Below are positions 38,492 to 47,569 of a DNA stretch of 64,000 bases, piece by piece. Under the pieces are notes generated by a model. It was given only the letters and a program-made list of their open reading frames with translations, did not search any database and was not told where the DNA came from. The stretch spans positions 3,243-67,242 of the forward strand of contig VSPF01000001.1 in assembly GCA_009775195.1 (NCBI GenBank). The letters are read 5' to 3'. Both the position numbers and the translations under genes were made by a program. Source of the DNA: Muribaculaceae bacterium (GTDB lineage Bacteria > Bacteroidota > Bacteroidia > Bacteroidales > Muribaculaceae). Within the stretch, counting starts at the first letter, position 1. Each line of letters starts with the position of its first letter.

Positions 38492-39163
38492 CTATCTATA
38501 AAAATTCTTCAGATGGGTGTAGAGCGAGTGGAGGGGGAGGCCCATTACGTTGTAGAAGCATCCGTCGACACGGGCGATTGCCGCCGCGCCTATCCACTCC
38601 TGTATGCCGTAGGCCCCGGCTTTGTCGAGAGGGCGGTAGCGCGCCACATAGCGTGTGATTTCGTCGTCGGTAAGCGGGCCGAATGTAACCAGCGTGGTTT
38701 CAGAGAATGTATCGTTCTTGGCACCGTCGAGCGACATAAGTGTCACTCCGGTCACGACTGTATGTGTCGCATTTTCGAGTTTGTGCAACATCTTGGCGGC
38801 TTCGGCCTCGTCGTGAGGCTTGCCCATTATTGCACCGTCGGCAATGACTATTGTATCGGCAGTGATAATGAGTTCGCCGGGGGCAAGCAGGTCGGCATAA
38901 GCCTTAGCCTTGAGCTGCGACAAATATGCCGGCACGTCGGCAGCGGCCATGTCGGGCGGATATACCTCGTCGACATCTCGCGGTGTCGCAATCTCGAACG
39001 ACGGCAAAATCAGCCCTAATAGTTCGCGGCGACGCGGCGAGTTCGATGCCAGCAATACATTTACACCGGCATACGCCTCGCTCGGCAGCGGCGGCAAGAT
39101 TGCCGTATGGTTATCGGGACATGTACCCGTGTGAAAATCGAGATGATGTGTTTCGTTATTCAT
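38492..39163 (-). CDS. maf: Maf family nucleoside triphosphate pyrophosphatase
   Basis: LASNSPRRRELL, ITADTIV, GKP, DKAGAYGIQ, NVMGLP; ATG 39163 overlaps the kdsC stop. Confidence 0.93.
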   Translation of the reverse strand: MNNETHHLDFHTGTCPDNHTAILPPLPSEAYAGVNVLLASNSPRRRELLGLILPSFEIATPRDVDEVYPPDMAAADVPAYLSQLKAKAYADLLAPGELIITADTIVIADGAIMGKPHDEAEAAKMLHKLENATHTVVTGVTLMSLDGAKNDTFSETTLVTFGPLTDDEITRYVARYRPLDKAGAYGIQEWIGAAAIARVDGCFYNVMGLPLHSLYTHLKNFYR

Positions 39164-39687
39164 TTTCCATAAGCGCGTTTGTCGGCAGCCGGCCACGTGC
39201 CCTGCGTCTTCATTACTTCCTCTATAAGCTCGCGGGCCACGCCGCAACCGCCGTTGACGGTCGATATAAACCGAGCCACGGCCTTCACATCCGGGTCGGC
39301 ATCGCGTGGGGCCACGGGGAGACCCACATGCACCATGGGAAGGATATCGGGTATGTCGTCGCCGCAATATGCTACCTGTTCGGGCGAGAGGCCGTTCTCC
39401 TCCATCCACGAGCATAATACCGGCAACTTCTCGATATGGCCAAGGTATATATCGTTGAAGCCGATGAGTTCGAAGCGCTTGCGCACCGGCTCGGTATCGG
39501 CTCCGGAAATGATAGCAAGTTTTAGACCGTGGCGCAGGGCCTGCACCATGGCATAGCCGTCCTTGATATTTGCCATGCGGCGCGGATTACCGTCACTGTC
39601 GATTGGCACCGTGGCCGGCGACAGCACACCGTCGACATCAAAGGCGATACCCTTGATTTTTTTCAGGTCATAGTCTATCTTGCTCAT
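39160..39687 (-). CDS. kdsC: KDO 8-phosphate phosphatase (HAD)
   Basis: FDVDGVL, KDG, IISG, GDDIPD, GGCGVARE. Confidence 0.9.
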   Translation of the reverse strand: MSKIDYDLKKIKGIAFDVDGVLSPATVPIDSDGNPRRMANIKDGYAMVQALRHGLKLAIISGADTEPVRKRFELIGFNDIYLGHIEKLPVLCSWMEENGLSPEQVAYCGDDIPDILPMVHVGLPVAPRDADPDVKAVARFISTVNGGCGVARELIEEVMKTQGTWPAADKRAYGK

Positions 39688-40463
39688 TTCAGTGTTACGT
39701 TTTGAGATTTTACAATATATTGCGATAAGAGTTCGTAAACACGGCGTTTGTCGTCGGGCAGCGCATGTGCATGCTTTGCCATCACGGCCTTGTCGCCACG
39801 CATGGCCGGCCCGGTCTGGGCCGCATGTGGCCCGGCTATAAAGGCTTTTGCGACCGTCGCCTCGACAAGCGGACGCACCGTGGCAAGCGGATAGTCGGCC
39901 TCGCCGAGTATGTCGTGAACCATCTCGAGGAGTATGTTGACAAAGTTCGACGAAAAAACACCTGCTATATGCAGCACCTGTCGCTGCGACGCATCGGCAT
40001 GATGCACGGTATCGGAAATGACGTTAGCTACCGAGTCGACCACGGCAAGGTCGGCGGCAACGGAAGCCTCGGTAAAAAAAGGCACCGTGTGCATGTCGAC
40101 ATACACATCGCGCGAGAAAGTCTGCAAAGGATACAGCACGCCGGTACGCGGACTTATGACTGCAAGCACCTCTTTGGGCACCGTCCCCGAGGTATGAAGC
40201 ACTAAGGGCTCAGACTCGAGATGGCCAATAGCCCCGGCAACGGCAGGCAGGGCATGGTCAGCCACGCTTATTATGACCAAGTCGGGGTCATAACCGCGCA
40301 GGGCGGCATAGTCGCCATAACCGTCTATATTGTTTTTATGTGCAAGCTCGGCAGCTCGCCCGGAGTCGCGGCTTATAATAGCACAAATACGGCCGCCGAG
40401 GGCTTCGGCAAGATGCGACGCAACATTGCCCGTGCCGACAAGCACTATCCGGCTGGGTATCAT
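39684..40463 (-). CDS. Rossmann-like / DUF2520 domain protein
   Basis: GTGNVA, HTSG, YPLQTFS, QTGPAMRGD; start MIPSRI. Confidence 0.85.
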   Translation of the reverse strand: MIPSRIVLVGTGNVASHLAEALGGRICAIISRDSGRAAELAHKNNIDGYGDYAALRGYDPDLVIISVADHALPAVAGAIGHLESEPLVLHTSGTVPKEVLAVISPRTGVLYPLQTFSRDVYVDMHTVPFFTEASVAADLAVVDSVANVISDTVHHADASQRQVLHIAGVFSSNFVNILLEMVHDILGEADYPLATVRPLVEATVAKAFIAGPHAAQTGPAMRGDKAVMAKHAHALPDDKRRVYELLSQYIVKSQNVTLK

Positions 40464-40996
40464 AGCTCGTTGCGCCAGGCACCGATATGCACCTTCTCCC
40501 ACTTAAGTTTTGCAGGGTCGACAGGCTTGCGAGTCTCGGCAGAATAGCCGAATGTCATCACGCACTCTACACATATATGCTCCGGAATACCGAGGAGTTC
40601 GCGGACAACTTCCTCCGACGGCGTTCCGTCGGCAGCCTGGCGACCGCGCACCTGCACCCAGCACGAGCCTATGCCGAGGTCGGCGGCCTGGATATGCATC
40701 ATTATAGCGGCGACGGTGGCATCTTCGATATAAGCCTCGCTCTGCGTCGGGTCGCTGGTAACGACTACTGCCAGGCGGCAATCCTTAATCGAGGCGGCGT
40801 ACGAAGGTTTGAGGTCGCTCAGCCGGGTAAGCATATCGCGGTCTTCGACCACGACAAACTGCCACGAACGGGCACTTTTAGACGAGGGTGCCAACAGTCC
40901 GGCCTCAAGTATAGTCTTGACATCGTCGGCCGGGAGGGGCTGGTCGGTATAGCGTCGTATGCTGTGACGCTCGAGAAATAACTCGTGTACGGTCAT
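40460..40996 (-). CDS. Nitroreductase family protein
   Basis: RHSIRRY, APSSK, WQFVVV, LGIGSCWVQ. Confidence 0.92.
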   Translation of the reverse strand: MTVHELFLERHSIRRYTDQPLPADDVKTILEAGLLAPSSKSARSWQFVVVEDRDMLTRLSDLKPSYAASIKDCRLAVVVTSDPTQSEAYIEDATVAAIMMHIQAADLGIGSCWVQVRGRQAADGTPSEEVVRELLGIPEHICVECVMTFGYSAETRKPVDPAKLKWEKVHIGAWRNEL

Positions 40997-41016
40997 ATTA
41001 TTTGGGGGTTAAAGGT

Positions 41017-42450
41017 TTAATCTTCAGCAGCATCCGGGGCAATGCCTTTGGGAAGGGCCATATGCAGCCATAGGAACGCTATGACTCCCGACAGCAACGA
41101 GCCGCATACGATGCCGAGCTTGGCATGTGCCAGCAAGTCGGCCTGATGCGGTATAGAGGCATCGAACGACAGCGTGGCAATGAATAGCGACACAGTGAAA
41201 CCAATGCCGCCAAGCATCGATATGGCCGACATCATGCGCCAGTCGGAGTGTGCCGGCATAGGTGCAAGACCGAGTTTGACGCAAAGCCACGAAAAACTCA
41301 ATATGCCCACAAACTTGCCTATCACCAGGCCGCAGATTACCGCCAGGGAGATACTCTCGAAGATTGTGACAGGGTCCATGTCGAGCAAGAAGATGCCGGC
41401 ATTAGCGAAAGCGAAGAGGGGTATTATAAAGTAGTTAACAATGGGGTGAAGGCTATCCTCGAGGTCTTGAAGCGGCGATATTACCTTGTCGGATGCCGAC
41501 TCGACTTCCTTTAGCCAGTTCATCTGCTCCTTGTCGAGAATCGAACGGCGCACAAGGTCCTGCGGCTCGTCGTCGCTGAAGTGCGCGATTGACTTACGGA
41601 TAATCTTGATATATTTCATCGGGGCGAAGACCGGAGTCGCAGGCACGCAGAATGCCACCAATACGCCGGCGATGGTTGGATGTATGCCCGAATTAAGGAA
41701 CAAGAACCATATAACGCCACCGATAAGGAGGTAAAAAATCTTGCTCTTAATCCGCAGTGCCGACCCAAGCAGCAACACACCTAATAGTATGGCCGCATAA
41801 CCGAGCAGGGCCAGCTCGATATGCGTGGAATAGAAAATCGCTATAACAATGATACCGCCGATATCGTCGACAACGGCAAGCGTGGTAAGGAATATCTTGA
41901 GCGACAGGGGCACACGCTTGCCGAGCATGGCCAGCACACCGAGAGAAAACGCGATATCGGTCGCCATAGGTATGGCCGCACCACCGGAATAGTCGGTGCC
42001 ACGGCTCATAAAATAGAAGATAACTACGGGCACAATCATGCCGCCGAAAGCACCCACGATGGGCAACAGGGCCTGTCGGAACGACGACAACTCGCCCACG
42101 AGCACCTCGCGTTTGATTTCGAGTCCAATCGAGAAAAAGAAGATTGCCATCAGGGCATCGTTGATAAACGCCAGCAGCGTCATCGGTTCGCCCGAGTGGC
42201 TGAACACGTTGAAATCGCCAAGTTGCAGGCGCACTTCCTGGTGCCAGAAATCAAAGTAGTAATCGTTGATGCCCGGAATATTGGCAACTATCAGTGCCAG
42301 GACAGTAGCTACAATCAGTATATTGCCGCCACTGGCATGTCGCCTGAGCGCCTGCCTGGCCGAGAAAAAAATGCCCTTGTCGAATACCGATTTTTCCTCA
42401 GTATCCCACGTAGGCCGCGACTTATGTCTAAGCGATGAATTATCTGTCAT
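41017..42450 (-). CDS. nhaA: Na+/H+ antiporter NhaA
   Basis: INDALMAIFF, GLEIKRE, PMATDIAF, AVVDD, GIGFTVSLFI. Confidence 0.95.
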   Translation of the reverse strand: MTDNSSLRHKSRPTWDTEEKSVFDKGIFFSARQALRRHASGGNILIVATVLALIVANIPGINDYYFDFWHQEVRLQLGDFNVFSHSGEPMTLLAFINDALMAIFFFSIGLEIKREVLVGELSSFRQALLPIVGAFGGMIVPVVIFYFMSRGTDYSGGAAIPMATDIAFSLGVLAMLGKRVPLSLKIFLTTLAVVDDIGGIIVIAIFYSTHIELALLGYAAILLGVLLLGSALRIKSKIFYLLIGGVIWFLFLNSGIHPTIAGVLVAFCVPATPVFAPMKYIKIIRKSIAHFSDDEPQDLVRRSILDKEQMNWLKEVESASDKVISPLQDLEDSLHPIVNYFIIPLFAFANAGIFLLDMDPVTIFESISLAVICGLVIGKFVGILSFSWLCVKLGLAPMPAHSDWRMMSAISMLGGIGFTVSLFIATLSFDASIPHQADLLAHAKLGIVCGSLLSGVIAFLWLHMALPKGIAPDAAED

Positions 42451-42518
42451 GTAATTGAGTTTTCCTTAAAACAAACCTGCCACAATTAAAGTTTGCAGCC
42501 TCGTGGCTGCAAAACATT

Positions 42519-43985
42519 TTACAATTTACTGTAACCGAGCATGTCGAAGTACTCCCAGTAGAGTTTGTCGTCGACGTGGTCTTTGTCGATTTTTGAGGCG
42601 AGGGTGAGGAATGTGCGCTGGGCCATGCGCAGCGGCAGGGGCACATCGGCCATAGTCTGTTCGATTATAGGGCGGACACGGGCCACATATTCGGCCGCCT
42701 TGTCGTAATTGCCGGTCTTGAGGAGCGACACAGTATAGACAAATGCCATCGAGGCACCTTTGAGAGGCGTCTGCAAGAGGCTGTCGAGTATATCGGTATG
42801 CGAACCGAGACTCACCACCTCGCCATATTTACCGAGCGCAAACAGCGACTCCATCCAAATCGAGTAATACGGCTCGAATGGCACCTCATTTTTAGCTATG
42901 GCGCTCACCAAGGCATCGACAGCGGCATGGGCACCGCGCATATTGAGTGTCGAGGCAAGGCTCTCACAATCGAGCTCGGCGATTTCTTCGTTCGCGGCCT
43001 CCTCGAAAAAGCGTTTGAGATATGGCTTGCTACCGGCGCTGTTGCACATTAGCAACTGCCTTATGGCGCGCGCCGTAGCCGGCTTGCGGTCGAGGTATGC
43101 CTTTATTTCCCTTATGGCACCGTTCATATTGCCCAACTGTACGAGCATGGCGCAGTAGGCATCAGTATAATCAAAGTCGTCGGGGTGCTGGTCTTTTATG
43201 CGCTTGAGGGTTGCAGCCATGTCGCTGAGGAGATATGGCGCCGAGGTGTACACGGCGTCGGCCAGGCCGAGCATGGCTACGGGGTCGTCGGCGGCAAGGG
43301 CCTTGGCCGAGTCGTAGGTCGTGCGGGCATCGTCGCGACGGTCGAGACGGGCCTGACCACGGAACAGCATTATCCAGTAATGGGTCGTGAACGGCTCGAG
43401 CTCAATCAGCTGGTCGGCAACACGGACGAGGGTCTCGTTGTCGTAGTTATTGTCAGCCTCGCGCGCAACCTCGTAGAGCAACGCGGGCTTGAAAGGCACC
43501 TTGGCGGCTATTTCGTCGAGGTGTGCAACCAGCCATGAGTATTGCCCCAGGTCTATGGCAAGGTCGACAAAACGTATGATTTCTTCGTCGCCAAAGGTCT
43601 CGTACTGGTGCAAAATATATTCGAGCGAAGCCTCGGGGTCGTCGGCCGGCGATGTCTCCATACGCGCGATGTCGAAAAGCAACGACGACTCGTCGGGATT
43701 GTCGGCCAGATACTTGGCTGCAGCCTCGGTGCGCTGGTCGGTGTCGTCGTCGGAAGTGTCAAGATAGAATAGCAGACGACGCTCGTTGAGGCCGTGGCTC
43801 TCGGGGTAGAGCCGCGCACCGCAAAGCAGGGTTTCAAGCTGCACATAGTCGTCCTGAAGGTCGCCGGCATAGTCGAAGAGGTCGACCAACTCGTCCTCGT
43901 CGAAATAGCGTTGCGACACAGGCTGCGACAGCGATGCCTTGAAACGTTCGTATAATTCTTGTCTCGGATTTCTTTCTTCGTCCAT
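42519..43985 (-). CDS. TPR-repeat protein
   Basis: YFDEDELVDLFDYA N-terminus, helical TPR-like repeats; downstream of glnS. Confidence 0.7.
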   Translation of the reverse strand: MDEERNPRQELYERFKASLSQPVSQRYFDEDELVDLFDYAGDLQDDYVQLETLLCGARLYPESHGLNERRLLFYLDTSDDDTDQRTEAAAKYLADNPDESSLLFDIARMETSPADDPEASLEYILHQYETFGDEEIIRFVDLAIDLGQYSWLVAHLDEIAAKVPFKPALLYEVAREADNNYDNETLVRVADQLIELEPFTTHYWIMLFRGQARLDRRDDARTTYDSAKALAADDPVAMLGLADAVYTSAPYLLSDMAATLKRIKDQHPDDFDYTDAYCAMLVQLGNMNGAIREIKAYLDRKPATARAIRQLLMCNSAGSKPYLKRFFEEAANEEIAELDCESLASTLNMRGAHAAVDALVSAIAKNEVPFEPYYSIWMESLFALGKYGEVVSLGSHTDILDSLLQTPLKGASMAFVYTVSLLKTGNYDKAAEYVARVRPIIEQTMADVPLPLRMAQRTFLTLASKIDKDHVDDKLYWEYFDMLGYSKL

Positions 43986-44009
43986 CGGGCAAAAGAGAAT
44001 TGAAGTTTA

Positions 44010-44056
44010 TAAGTTTGTGAGTTTATAAATCGTTAACTTATAAACTCACAAACTTA
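44010..44056. repeat. AT-rich 19-bp perfect inverted repeat made of 8-mer units
   Basis: TAAGTTTGTGAGTTTATAA-N9-TTATAAACTCACAAACTTA. Confidence 0.8.
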
Positions 44057-44068
44057 AGAAAGATAATA

Positions 44069-45781
44069 TCACGCTTTCTTCTGCACCTTCTCCCAGGTGT
44101 CTTTGAGGGCGATGGTGCGGTTGAAAACGGGGTGTTCGGGAGTCGAGTCGTAGTCGGGTGTGAAGTAGCCGATGCGCTGGAACTGGAATTTCTTGCCACG
44201 CCCGGCGTTCTCGAAGATAAAGGGTTCGAGCTTGGCGTGCTCTACGACGACGAGCGACTCGGGGTTGAGCATCTCACGGAAATCGCGGTCGGGCTCGGCG
44301 GCAGGGTTCTCAACGTCGAAAAGACGGTCGTAGAGACGCACCTCGGCATCGATGGCATGTGCTGCCGACACCCAGTGGAGGGTACCCTTGACCTTGCGCG
44401 ATGCACCGGGCATACCGCTGCGACTCTCGGGGTCGTAGGTGCAGTGTATGGCGGTGATATTGCCGTCGGCATCACGCTCTACGTTGTCGGTGCCCTTGAT
44501 GATATATGCACCCTTGAGGCGTACTTCCTGCCCCGGGGCGAGGCGGAAGAACTTCTTGGGAGGATTTTCCATGAAGTCCTCACGCTCGATATAGAGCTCG
44601 CGCGAGAAGGGCATCTCGTGCACGCCGCTACCCTCTTCTTCGGGATTGTTCTCCATCGTCACGGTCTCAACCTGGCCTTCGGGATAGTTGTCGATGATGA
44701 GCTTGACGGGGTTGATAACGGCCATCACACGTGTGGCTTTGCGGTTGAGGTCGTCGCGCACGGCGTGTTCGAGCAGGCTCACACTGTTTAGTGCCTCATA
44801 TTTGGTATAGCCGATAGTGTTGATGAAGTTGCGGATAGACTCTGGCGTATAACCGCGACGGCGCATACCCGAGATGGTCGGCATACGAGGGTCATCCCAG
44901 CCTGCAACAAGACCTTCCTTGACAAGCTGTAGCAGCTTGCGCTTGCTCATCACCGTATAGGTGAGGTTGAGGCGATTGAACTCTATCTGACGTGGGCAGT
45001 AGGTATCGTCGGCAAGCTCTTTTACGAAATATTCGTAGAGCGGACGGTGAGGCACGAACTCGAGGGTACAGATTGAGTGTGTCACGCCCTCGAAGTAGTC
45101 GCTCTGCCCGTGGGCAAAGTCGTACATGGGGTAGACTTTCCACTTTGTGCCTGTGCGGTGGTGGGGAGTCTTGATTATGCGGTACATAATCGGGTCGCGG
45201 AAGTGCATGTTGGGCGACGCCATGTCGATTTTGGCGCGCAGCACACGCGAACCCTCGTCGAACTCGCCCTCGTTCATGCGGAGGAAGAGGTCGAGGTTTT
45301 CTTCGGGTGTGCGGCTGCGGTAGGGGCTGTTCTGGCCAGGTTCGGTGGGTGTGCCTTTCTGAGCTGCTATTTGTTCGCTTGTCTGGTCGTCGACGTATGC
45401 CTTACCCTCTTTGATGAGGCGCACGGCGAGGTCGAAAAGCTGTGGGAAATAGTCGGAAGCATAGTATTCGCGGTCGCCCCAGTCAAAGCCGAGCCAGTGT
45501 ATGTCCTCGCGTATAGAGTCGACATACTCCACGTCCTCTTTAACAGGGTTGGTATCATCGAAACGAAGGTTGCATGTGCCGCCAAATTTCTCGGCGACAC
45601 CGAAGTCCATACAGATGGCCTTGGCATGGCCTATATGGAGATAGCCGTTGGGCTCAGGCGGAAAGCGTGTATTGAGCCGTCCGCCATTCTTACCGGCGCG
45701 CAGGTCATTGTAAACCTCTTCTTCCACAAAGCTCAGGCCCTGTGGTTTCTCATTTTCGAGGGTTGCGTTTTCTTCTGACAT
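44069..45781 (-). CDS. glnS: Glutamine--tRNA ligase
   Basis: RFPPEPNGYLHIGH, MSKR, WDDPRMPT, FQFQRIGYF. Confidence 0.97.
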   Translation of the reverse strand: MSEENATLENEKPQGLSFVEEEVYNDLRAGKNGGRLNTRFPPEPNGYLHIGHAKAICMDFGVAEKFGGTCNLRFDDTNPVKEDVEYVDSIREDIHWLGFDWGDREYYASDYFPQLFDLAVRLIKEGKAYVDDQTSEQIAAQKGTPTEPGQNSPYRSRTPEENLDLFLRMNEGEFDEGSRVLRAKIDMASPNMHFRDPIMYRIIKTPHHRTGTKWKVYPMYDFAHGQSDYFEGVTHSICTLEFVPHRPLYEYFVKELADDTYCPRQIEFNRLNLTYTVMSKRKLLQLVKEGLVAGWDDPRMPTISGMRRRGYTPESIRNFINTIGYTKYEALNSVSLLEHAVRDDLNRKATRVMAVINPVKLIIDNYPEGQVETVTMENNPEEEGSGVHEMPFSRELYIEREDFMENPPKKFFRLAPGQEVRLKGAYIIKGTDNVERDADGNITAIHCTYDPESRSGMPGASRKVKGTLHWVSAAHAIDAEVRLYDRLFDVENPAAEPDRDFREMLNPESLVVVEHAKLEPFIFENAGRGKKFQFQRIGYFTPDYDSTPEHPVFNRTIALKDTWEKVQKKA

Positions 45782-45819
45782 ATTATGTGATTTGTTGGAT
45801 TATCTATTTTAATTTACGG

Positions 45820-46737
45820 CTACAAATCTGACGCATCGAGGCGCTTGCGGTAGAACACGAAGTCGCGGCCCAGGTATTTCTCGCGCACGACGGGGTTTTC
45901 GGCCAGTTCCTCGCTGGTGCCCTGGAAGAGGATGCGTCCCTCGAATAGCAGGTAGGCGCGGTCGGTGATGCGCAGTGTCTCCTGGGCGTTGTGGTCGGTG
46001 ATAAGTATGCCTATATTCTTGTCTTTGAGCTTATAGACGATTGACTGGATGTCCTCTACGGCGATGGGGTCAACTCCGGCGAATGGCTCGTCGAGCATGA
46101 TGAATTTAGGATTGATGGCAAGACAACGGGCTATCTCGGTGCGGCGGCGTTCGCCGCCCGACAACTGGTCGCCGAGGTTCTTGCGCACCTTTTGCAGGCG
46201 GAACTCCTCAATCAGGCTCTCGAGCTTGTCGCGCTGCTCTTCCTTTGTCATGTGAGTCATCTGGAGCACCGAGCGGATATTGTCCTCGACACTCATCTTG
46301 CGGAATACCGACGCCTCCTGGGCAAGGTAGCCGATGCCGTTCTGCGCACGTTTGTAGACGGGGAACTTAGTGATATTAAGGTCATTGAGAAATATCTGTC
46401 CCTCGTTTGGCTCGATAAGGCCCACGGTCATGTAGAAAGTCGTAGTCTTACCGGCGCCGTTAGGGCCGAGCAGCCCTACAATCTCGCCCTGGGTCACGTC
46501 GATTGACACGTGGTTTGCCACCGTGCGCTTGCCATATTTCTTGACCAGGTTGTCGGTGCGCAGCACCATCTTGTCGTCGCTTCGCGAGGTATCCCCGGCC
46601 ACCACTTCTTCTTCGACCACGACCTCGATATCGGGCGCAGGCTGCTCGTCGGGGCGGCGGTCGGTCAGTGGTGCGAAAGGTGCAGGCACATCCTGCTGTG
46701 TCTCGTCGCTGTTACGGTGTCGCCAACTGATACCCAT
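45820..46737 (-). CDS. lptB: LPS export ABC transporter ATPase LptB (N-terminal extension)
   Basis: [45 protein letters not shown]. Confidence 0.93.
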   Translation of the reverse strand: MGISWRHRNSDETQQDVPAPFAPLTDRRPDEQPAPDIEVVVEEEVVAGDTSRSDDKMVLRTDNLVKKYGKRTVANHVSIDVTQGEIVGLLGPNGAGKTTTFYMTVGLIEPNEGQIFLNDLNITKFPVYKRAQNGIGYLAQEASVFRKMSVEDNIRSVLQMTHMTKEEQRDKLESLIEEFRLQKVRKNLGDQLSGGERRRTEIARCLAINPKFIMLDEPFAGVDPIAVEDIQSIVYKLKDKNIGILITDHNAQETLRITDRAYLLFEGRILFQGTSEELAENPVVREKYLGRDFVFYRKRLDASDL

Positions 46738-46740
46738 ATC

Positions 46741-47388
46741 TTATAGAGCGGCAGGGGTTACGCCGCGCATCACCGTGCCTCGGTGGAGGCGGCTTTCGAT
46801 ATAGTCTGTAAGGAGGTTGATAGCCACGGTGTTGCTGCCGCCCTGTGGAACAATCAGGTCGGCATAGCGCTTCGACGGCTCGATATACTGGCAGTGCATG
46901 GGCTTGAGAACGTCCTGATAGCGGTTGATTACTATTTCGGGAGTACGGCCTCGCTCTATGCAGTCGCGTGCGATGACGCGAATCAGGCGGTCGTCGGGGT
47001 CGGCATCGACAAAGACCTTGATGTCGAGCATATTGCGCAATGTGGGGTCGGTCAAGACCAAGATGCCCTCGACAATTACCACATCGGCAGGTTTGACCTC
47101 TACGGTCTCGGGTTGGCGAGTGCACGTGAGGTAGGAATAGGTGGGCATCTGTATGGTATGCCCTTCCTTTAGCTGCTTGAGGTGTTCGACAAGAAGCGAC
47201 CACTCGATGGCTGCCGGTTCGTCAAAGTTGATTTTAGAGCGTTCTTCGGGCGGTATGTGACTCGAGTCCTTGTAATAAGAGTCCTGTGGCATCACAGCAA
47301 CCTCTCCGGCTGGCAGACTGTTTATAATCTTGTTTACCACCGTAGTTTTTCCCGAGCCGGTACCACCGGCAATACCTATAATCAACAT
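46741..47388 (-). CDS. udk: Uridine kinase
   Basis: GIAGGTGSGKTT, QDSYY, NFDEP, VEGIL, YIEPSKRYAD. Confidence 0.95.
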   Translation of the reverse strand: MLIIGIAGGTGSGKTTVVNKIINSLPAGEVAVMPQDSYYKDSSHIPPEERSKINFDEPAAIEWSLLVEHLKQLKEGHTIQMPTYSYLTCTRQPETVEVKPADVVIVEGILVLTDPTLRNMLDIKVFVDADPDDRLIRVIARDCIERGRTPEIVINRYQDVLKPMHCQYIEPSKRYADLIVPQGGSNTVAINLLTDYIESRLHRGTVMRGVTPAAL

Positions 47389-47569
47389 ATACGTTTAGTT
47401 AAAGCATTTCTAAACTGCGAAATTACAAAAAAATGCCCACACGTGCAAAAATAAAATTTGACTCGTCGATGAATTGCGAAATTATGCAAAGCAACCGTAA
47501 ACCAATATTTTTTTTGCTTATTACATATTTTATTGTAAATTTGCGAGTAAGAACCAATACCATACAACT

